From an uncultured Opitutia bacterium (GTDB taxonomy: Bacteria; Verrucomicrobiota; Verrucomicrobiia; Opitutales; Opitutaceae): a stretch of DNA of 64,000 nt. Where the stretch lies: assembly GCA_903902745.1 (NCBI GenBank), contig CAIUWA010000016.1:208024-272023 (forward strand). The letters run 5' to 3'. Shown piece after piece: positions 59,054 to 64,000 of this stretch (position 1 is its first letter; every line of letters starts with the position of its first letter). The notes under the pieces are model-generated. The model had not been told where the DNA came from and did not search any database. It was given only the letters and a program-made list of their open reading frames with translations. The position numbers were made by a program, and so were the translations under genes.

Positions 59054-60148
59054 TCAGATCAGCTGGTCCGGCAGCGTCGCGGTCGTCAGCGGCCGGCCGA
59101 CATGGCGGCGGATGGACTCGAGGTTTTCGCGGATGAGTTCGCCCATCGACTCGCACTTCAGGTACTCCGGACGGGCATAGTGCTCGGCGAGGCTCTCGCG
59201 CAATTGGTGCACGTATTCCACCGGGGCGATGGGATCCAGGGCCATCTCGTTCAACAGCCGGCCCAGGCGGTCGGCCGCGAGTGAGCTGCGCTGGAGCATG
59301 AGGGTTTGCTCCTCCCGCTGGTACTGGTACGCGGCGGTGGGGTGCAGGTGCTTCGCGCAGAAGAGCGCGAGGGCGGTGTTCTCCTTGAAGAACTGCGGCA
59401 GGTAGAAGTTTTTCCGGCCGTTGTAGCTCTGCTGGTCGAAGTCCATCGCGCGGATGCGGAGCTGCGCATCCTCGAAGTCGGGCGTGACGACGAACACGAA
59501 GTTATACGAGCGCATGTCGCCGAGCAGGCGCACGAAGCAGCGCTCGTTGAACTTCACCAGCTCCTTCGCCACCCGGATAGGCTTCAGCTCGCCGCGCTTC
59601 AGCCAGTTCGTGATGAAGACATCGCCAGGGATACCCGGGATGTGCTCCTCGATGAGCGTGTTGCCGCTGGTCATGAAATTCAGGCGGTTGGGCGAGAGCA
59701 GATGCTCCAGCTCGAGCCCGTATACGCGCGAGGCGTCGGCCTTCTTCACGTAGAAATAGTCCTGGTTGTCGTTGTAAGGATTGACGATGCGGACGCGGAA
59801 CGGCGTCGAGTTGCCGAAGGTGCAGAAATCGATGCGGTCGACGTAAAGGTGCTGCACGACCGCGGAGTCGCCATCGACCTTCAGCAGGGCGTAAATGCGC
59901 TTCAGGTCCTCATTCAGCACCCGCATCTCGGAGGACTCATAGAGCACCGAGTCCCAGAGCGTGGGTTTGCCGGCGTCGTCGGGCAGCGGGACCGCCTCAT
60001 GAAACCCGCGCAGCCGGTCGTAGGTCACCGACAGGTTGATCTCGCGCTTATAGCGGACGAGGTAGTCGCGGAGGCCGGCGTTGACGGGAAAGCTCGGCTT
60101 CTTCTGCGTGCGCAGTTTCGAGCCGGTGCTGGCGGGAGGCACGTCCAT
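59054..60148 (-). CDS. hypothetical protein with protein-kinase-like catalytic-loop signature
   Basis: 364 aa from ATG 60148. GDMRSYNFVF (D-x4-N) is followed 17 residues later by IRAMDFDQ (DFD). This resembles the HxDxxxxN...DFG core of the kinase fold. An alternative TTG start at 60214 overlaps the upstream stop. Confidence 0.65.
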   Translation of the reverse strand: MDVPPASTGSKLRTQKKPSFPVNAGLRDYLVRYKREINLSVTYDRLRGFHEAVPLPDDAGKPTLWDSVLYESSEMRVLNEDLKRIYALLKVDGDSAVVQHLYVDRIDFCTFGNSTPFRVRIVNPYNDNQDYFYVKKADASRVYGLELEHLLSPNRLNFMTSGNTLIEEHIPGIPGDVFITNWLKRGELKPIRVAKELVKFNERCFVRLLGDMRSYNFVFVVTPDFEDAQLRIRAMDFDQQSYNGRKNFYLPQFFKENTALALFCAKHLHPTAAYQYQREEQTLMLQRSSLAADRLGRLLNEMALDPIAPVEYVHQLRESLAEHYARPEYLKCESMGELIRENLESIRRHVGRPLTTATLPDQLI

Positions 60149-60210
60149 GGGGCGAAGGAAGGCATCCGTCGGTGCGGGGCGCAACCTTGGCGAGACAACG
60201 CGTTCCACCC

Positions 60211-61110
60211 TCAAACCCGCGCTGGAGCCAGCAGCCGCTCGCAGAGGGCGAGGAGCCGGGCGCGTAGCGGTTCACCGCGGGTGGCGAAGGCGCGCTGGTG
60301 CGATTCGTATTCGGCGCGGCCGGCCGGCGTTTCGATCGCGATGGGCGTGAAGCCGAGCGCGCGCAGGTCATAGGGGCTCGCGCGCATGTCCACCTCGCGG
60401 ATGTCGCGGGCCAGATCAAAGCAGTCGGCGATCAGCTCCGCCGGCGTAAACGGCGCGAGTTTGAAGGCCCATTTGTAGAGGTCCATGTTCGCGTGCAGAC
60501 AACCGCGCTGCTCGTGCTGCGGGACGGCCTCGCGGGTGGGCTGGGTTTTGTTGAGCGGCCTGGCCGGCGCAGTGAAAAAACGAAACGCATCAAAGTGCGT
60601 GCAGCAGACCGGTGAGGCCTCGACGATGCGCGCGAGCTCGGACGGCGGAAAACGCAGCGGCCACGCGTTATGCCGCACCTCATCCGGGGTCTGGCGGTAA
60701 ACCATCGCCCACTCATGCAGTCCGAAGCAGCCGAAGAAGGCGGGGCGAGTCTGCAAGGTGGTCAGCAGGTCGTGGAGCCACGTGACGAACTTGCGCCGGT
60801 GTTCCGGCAGCGCCGAGGGATCGAGCGCCACGCCTTCCGACGTCTCGCGATACTCGGGCCAGCGGAGGAACTCCCGCGCCGCGGCGCCGGCGAGTGCCAC
60901 ATCGGGACCGGGATGCCAGCGGCGCAGCCACGCCGGACGGAAGCAGTAATATTCGAAGAGGAAGTCGTATACGGGATGCTTCTCGCCCCGGGCCGCGCGC
61001 GCCTGATGCGGGTCGGTCCAGGCGCGGACCCGGGTCTCGTGCCGCGACTGGCGGGTGCGCCAGTCGGACTCGGCGAGGATCGGCGCCTCGCTGGTGGTGG
61101 TCGCTGCCAT
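60211..61110 (-). CDS. conserved hypothetical protein (HPVYDFLFEYY / GLHEWAMVYR family)
   Basis: 299 aa from ATG 61110. As I recall, homologues are often auto-annotated as 3-methyladenine DNA glycosylase, with no biochemical support that I know of. Confidence 0.65.
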   Translation of the reverse strand: MAATTTSEAPILAESDWRTRQSRHETRVRAWTDPHQARAARGEKHPVYDFLFEYYCFRPAWLRRWHPGPDVALAGAAAREFLRWPEYRETSEGVALDPSALPEHRRKFVTWLHDLLTTLQTRPAFFGCFGLHEWAMVYRQTPDEVRHNAWPLRFPPSELARIVEASPVCCTHFDAFRFFTAPARPLNKTQPTREAVPQHEQRGCLHANMDLYKWAFKLAPFTPAELIADCFDLARDIREVDMRASPYDLRALGFTPIAIETPAGRAEYESHQRAFATRGEPLRARLLALCERLLAPARV

Positions 61111-61138
61111 GCGGAATCCCGGCCGGAGAAACGGGCCG

Positions 61139-62059
61139 TCAATATTTGTCCAGCAGCCGGCGGACCCCTTCGATCGGCTTGCCTTCGACCGGCGCCAGCA
61201 CAAGCGGCGAGCGCGCGGCGAGCGCCTGCATGACGACGGGATGCGTGAGGATCGGGCCGCTCAGGCCGGTGCGCACCGTGTCGAGAAGCGTGGAGGAGAA
61301 AAGTTTTCCGGCGACCTGCGTGGCGAGGTCGAGCAGCCCGGCGGTGGATTGAAAGACAATCTGCTGCGCGATCTGGTCGCCATCGCCGGCGAGCCGCAGC
61401 ACCGCGGGCGCGAGCTCGGCGATTTTCTGGTTGGGTGAGGCGTCGCCGTAAAAGGCGCGGGTGATCTCGGTTGCGGTGGCCAGTCCCGTGTGTTCGCGCA
61501 CGAGCGCGCCCAAACGCGAGGCGGGGGACCAGCCCTGGAGCTCAAGGAGGGCGCGGGCGACGCACCGCTGGCCGATGTCGTACCCGCTGCCCGGGTCGCC
61601 AAACCGCCAGCCGAGCCCGCCCGCATAGTGGACGGAACCGTCCGGCGCGCGCGCGGCCACAAACGAACCCGTGCCCGCGTGGAGCACCAGGCCGGGTTTG
61701 CCATGGGTGGCGAGCTCAAGGACGGGGAGGGAGTCATCCAGGGCCGTGATCTGGCCGAAGCCGGTCAGGCGCTCGGCGAACTCGCTCCAGAAGGGACGGC
61801 TGCCCGCCATGCAAAGGAGGGTGGCGGCGATCTCGGGGGCCGGCGCGAAGGGCGTGCGGGTCAGGCCCGCGGTATGCGCCGTGGCCTGCGCCCGCAGTGA
61901 ATTCAGGGCGGCGGAAACAATCGAACGGGCCTGCTCGGGGCCGACGATGCTGGGATTGCAACCCGCGCCGACATGAACGGCGACGACCGTGCCCTCGGCG
62001 TTGACCAGAATGCATTCGGTCTTGGTGCCGCCACCATCGACGCCGATTTTAAAACTCAT
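61139..62059 (-). CDS. BadF/BadG/BcrA/BcrD-type ATPase (N-acetylglucosamine kinase-like)
   Basis: MSFKIGVDGGGTKTE phosphate-1 motif and ASKHA-fold pattern (LHAGTGSF). Confidence 0.8.
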   Translation of the reverse strand: MSFKIGVDGGGTKTECILVNAEGTVVAVHVGAGCNPSIVGPEQARSIVSAALNSLRAQATAHTAGLTRTPFAPAPEIAATLLCMAGSRPFWSEFAERLTGFGQITALDDSLPVLELATHGKPGLVLHAGTGSFVAARAPDGSVHYAGGLGWRFGDPGSGYDIGQRCVARALLELQGWSPASRLGALVREHTGLATATEITRAFYGDASPNQKIAELAPAVLRLAGDGDQIAQQIVFQSTAGLLDLATQVAGKLFSSTLLDTVRTGLSGPILTHPVVMQALAARSPLVLAPVEGKPIEGVRRLLDKY

Positions 62060-62069
62060 GGGAGGACTT

Positions 62070-62147
62070 TTAACACAGAGGACGCGGAGAACGCAGAAGA
62101 AAAATGAAAGATTCTGGCGCAGGGTTTCTCCGGGGCCCCTGGATTAA
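62070..62147. repeat. GAG-word palindromic element, TTAACAC type (copy B)
   Basis: Left arm is TTAACACAGAGGACGCGGAGAACGCAGAAG. The right arm ends ...TTCTCCGGGGCCCCTGGATTAA. The 14-mer TTTTAACACAGAGG is identical to copy A. Confidence 0.75.
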
Positions 62148-62158
62148 ATCATCGGGCT

Positions 62159-62887
62159 TTACGCCAGCTGGCGGCTGAGGCGGCCCTGGTATTTTTTGCC
62201 GAGCTCGCGGTTGTACTCGATGGCTCCGGGCAGGTTCTGGCTGCGCAGGAGCGGGGCGGCGTGGCCGCCGGCCTTGAGCCAGTCGACCACGGCGAGGGTG
62301 AGCCAGTTGAGGACGGAGCAGCCGATGAACGTGGAGGTCGGCCCCGCCATGGCCCCGCCACCCACGTCAACAATCGCGTCCCCCGGCACACCGCCGTTGT
62401 CGAGGACGTGGTCGGCCACCTCAAAAAGGCGCTTCCCGCCCGGATGCTGCGAGGGCGTGGCGCGCGACATGGCGAGGCAGGTGAGGGCGACGACGGTGAG
62501 GCCCTTTTGCTTCGCGTAGAGGGCGACGTCGATGGGCGAGCCATTCTTGCCGGAATTCGAGATGACAATGATCACCTCGCCGGCGAGGAGCTGGTATTGG
62601 CGGTCGTAACGCTCGACGAGCCTCGTGCCATAGCCGGGCAGGTTCTCGATGAAGCCACCGGTGGGATCGATGAGGCCGGTCACGCAGACCAGGCCGCCGG
62701 CGCGCCCGATGATTTCCCGCGAGATCAGCTCGCTATGCCCGCTGCCGAAGGTGTGCACGACTCCACCTTTCGCGATGGAAGCGCCAATGACCGGTGCGAG
62801 CTGAGCGATGACCGGGGCATTGGCCGTCCACGCCCGGGCCAAGAGCTCGTTGGCGCGGGCATAGTAGGAATCGGCGAGGGAAGACAT
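62159..62887 (-). CDS. SIS (sugar isomerase/phosphosugar-binding) domain protein
   Basis: 242 aa from ATG 62887 with HTFGSGHS and IVISNSGKNGSPID motifs. Confidence 0.85.
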   Translation of the reverse strand: MSSLADSYYARANELLARAWTANAPVIAQLAPVIGASIAKGGVVHTFGSGHSELISREIIGRAGGLVCVTGLIDPTGGFIENLPGYGTRLVERYDRQYQLLAGEVIIVISNSGKNGSPIDVALYAKQKGLTVVALTCLAMSRATPSQHPGGKRLFEVADHVLDNGGVPGDAIVDVGGGAMAGPTSTFIGCSVLNWLTLAVVDWLKAGGHAAPLLRSQNLPGAIEYNRELGKKYQGRLSRQLA

Positions 62888-62962
62888 GGTGGAAGTGTTA
62901 GCGGGGCGGCGGGGCGAGCAAAGCTTGAAACCGTTGCCCGTGGTGGATTTTAAACTGGGGGC

Positions 62963-63421
62963 ATGGTTCACGGAATCGACCACATCAACATCGTCGTGGC
63001 CGATCTCGGACGGTCGGTGGAGTTTTACACCGGGGTGCTCGGCTTCACGAAGACGAAGGAGGCTTATCTTGAAGGCGACTGGATCGACCGGATCGTCGGC
63101 CTGCAGGGAGTACGGGCGCGGGCGGCCTATGTGGTGGCGCCTGCGGGCGAGCCGCGAATCGAGCTGCTGTGTTACGAGTCGCCGAAAGGGGAGGTGCTGG
63201 CGGCGAACGCGCGCGCCAACACAGTCGGACTGCGCCATATCGCGTTGCGCGTGGATGACATGGCGGGCATGATCGTCCGACTGAAAGCCGCGGGCGTGAA
63301 AATTTTCAGCGATCCGGTGCGCGTGCCGGGCGGCGTGGTGAAACACGAGGCGGGCGAAAAGACGCTGGTCTATTTCACCGATCCCGACGGCGTGATCCTG
63401 GAGCTGGCGGAGTACCGCTAA
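62963..63421 (+). CDS. VOC-family (glyoxalase/bleomycin-resistance fold) protein
   Basis: IDHINIVVADLGRSVEFY, GLRHIALRVDD, and DPDGVILELAEY. Confidence 0.88.
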   Translation: MVHGIDHINIVVADLGRSVEFYTGVLGFTKTKEAYLEGDWIDRIVGLQGVRARAAYVVAPAGEPRIELLCYESPKGEVLAANARANTVGLRHIALRVDDMAGMIVRLKAAGVKIFSDPVRVPGGVVKHEAGEKTLVYFTDPDGVILELAEYR

Positions 63422-63440
63422 TCCGTGATCCTTTTGGAAG

Positions 63441-63557
63441 GTTTCGCGCAGAGGCGCAGTGGCGCGGAAGAAAGGCAGGGAAGGGAGAGGGTGGGACAAG
63501 GCATTCCGGCGATCAGGCATGGGATCGTAACTCTGCGCCTCCGCGCCTCCGCGCGAA
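63441..63557. repeat. CGCAGAGG-word palindromic element (copy F)
   Basis: Left arm is GTTTCGCGCAGAGGCGCAGTGGCGCGGAAG and right arm is CTCTGCGCCTCCGCGCCTCCGCGCGAA. It lies in a convergent gap. Confidence 0.8.
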
Positions 63558-63601
63558 AATAATTCCGTGGCAAAGGAGGAGATTAAGCCCTCAAGAGGCG
63601 T

Positions 63602-64000
63602 TCATGCCTCCCACCGGCCGTAGATGCCGCAGGGGAGGACCTTGCCGTCGGCCTTGACGGGCAGGCCGACTTCGCCGGCGGTGATCGTGCCGGTGCGGCC
63701 GGGAAAAAGCGCGGAGAGCAGATTGCCCACGACGGTGGGGGAGAGGCGCGCGGTATAGGCGTTGATCAGGAAAAACAGCGGCTGCTCGCTCAGGAGCGAG
63801 CGGCACTCGAGCAGGAGCTCCCAAAGGTGGTCCTCGAGCTTCCACATTTCGCCGGTGGCGCCACGGCCGTAGGTCGGCGGGTCCATGATGATGGCATCGT
63901 ATTTGCGGCCGCGCTTGAGTTCGCGACGGGCGAATTTCAGGCAGTCATCCGTGATGTAGCGGATGGGCGCATCCGCGAGGCCGCTGAGCGCGGCGTTTTC
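63602..64000 (-). CDS. class I SAM-dependent methyltransferase, 5'-truncated by the window edge
   Basis: The frame is open to position 64000 (ENAALSGLADAPIRYITDDCLKFARRELKRGRKYDAIIMDPPTYGRG...). The DPPT(Y/F) motif is typical of RlmI/RlmK-type RNA methyltransferases. Confidence 0.8.
   Translation of the reverse strand, partial: ENAALSGLADAPIRYITDDCLKFARRELKRGRKYDAIIMDPPTYGRGATGEMWKLEDHLWELLLECRSLLSEQPLFFLINAYTARLSPTVVGNLLSALFPGRTGTITAGEVGLPVKADGKVLPCGIYGRWEA

Overview
This is a high-GC (about 63-66%) chromosomal segment. Protein sequences and repeat style suggest a Verrucomicrobia/Opitutales-like genome, but I cannot verify that here. The window is almost entirely core metabolism and housekeeping. 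Genes in order: a moaE-like 3' end, gnd, gltB-gltD, a glutaredoxin-like gene, a sugar-nucleotide epimerase, recA, a MacB/DevCBA-type ABC efflux trio, mnmE-mnmG, an OmpR/PhoR-type two-component pair, trmB, and a complete F1Fo ATP synthase operon (atpBEFHAGDC). These are followed by feoA-feoA-feoB plus a Cys-rich peptide, queC-queE, rnd, an OleC/OleD-like pair and several RNA methyltransferases (TrmH-family, RlmD-like, rlmN, miaB). The rest is a hybrid kinase/SixA/cyclase signalling cluster, pdxH, gmk and assorted transporters and hydrolases. I found no rRNA, tRNA, CRISPR array, transposase, integrase or recognisable defence system. The annotation does not explain the dense non-coding layer. At least 14 palindromic or half-palindromic elements built from tandem 7-9 nt words (CRCRGAG / CGCGGAAG / GGGGACAGG types, plus REPIN-like GGGGCG hairpin doublets) occupy most intergenic gaps, often abutting or overlapping start and stop codons. 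One low-GC hairpin segment sits in-frame inside rlmN, and a related word repeat sits inside the OleC-like gene. A 2.5-kb low-GC tract covers the mnmE 3' end, mnmG and the response-regulator 5' end. Candidate protein-level novelties are modest: an N-terminal-catalytic membrane cyclase next to SixA, a kinase-fold unknown in a SIS/BadF cluster, and a 457-aa orphan. All are flagged as inference. Many long ORFs in the track are antisense shadows of real genes in GC-rich DNA and were rejected.
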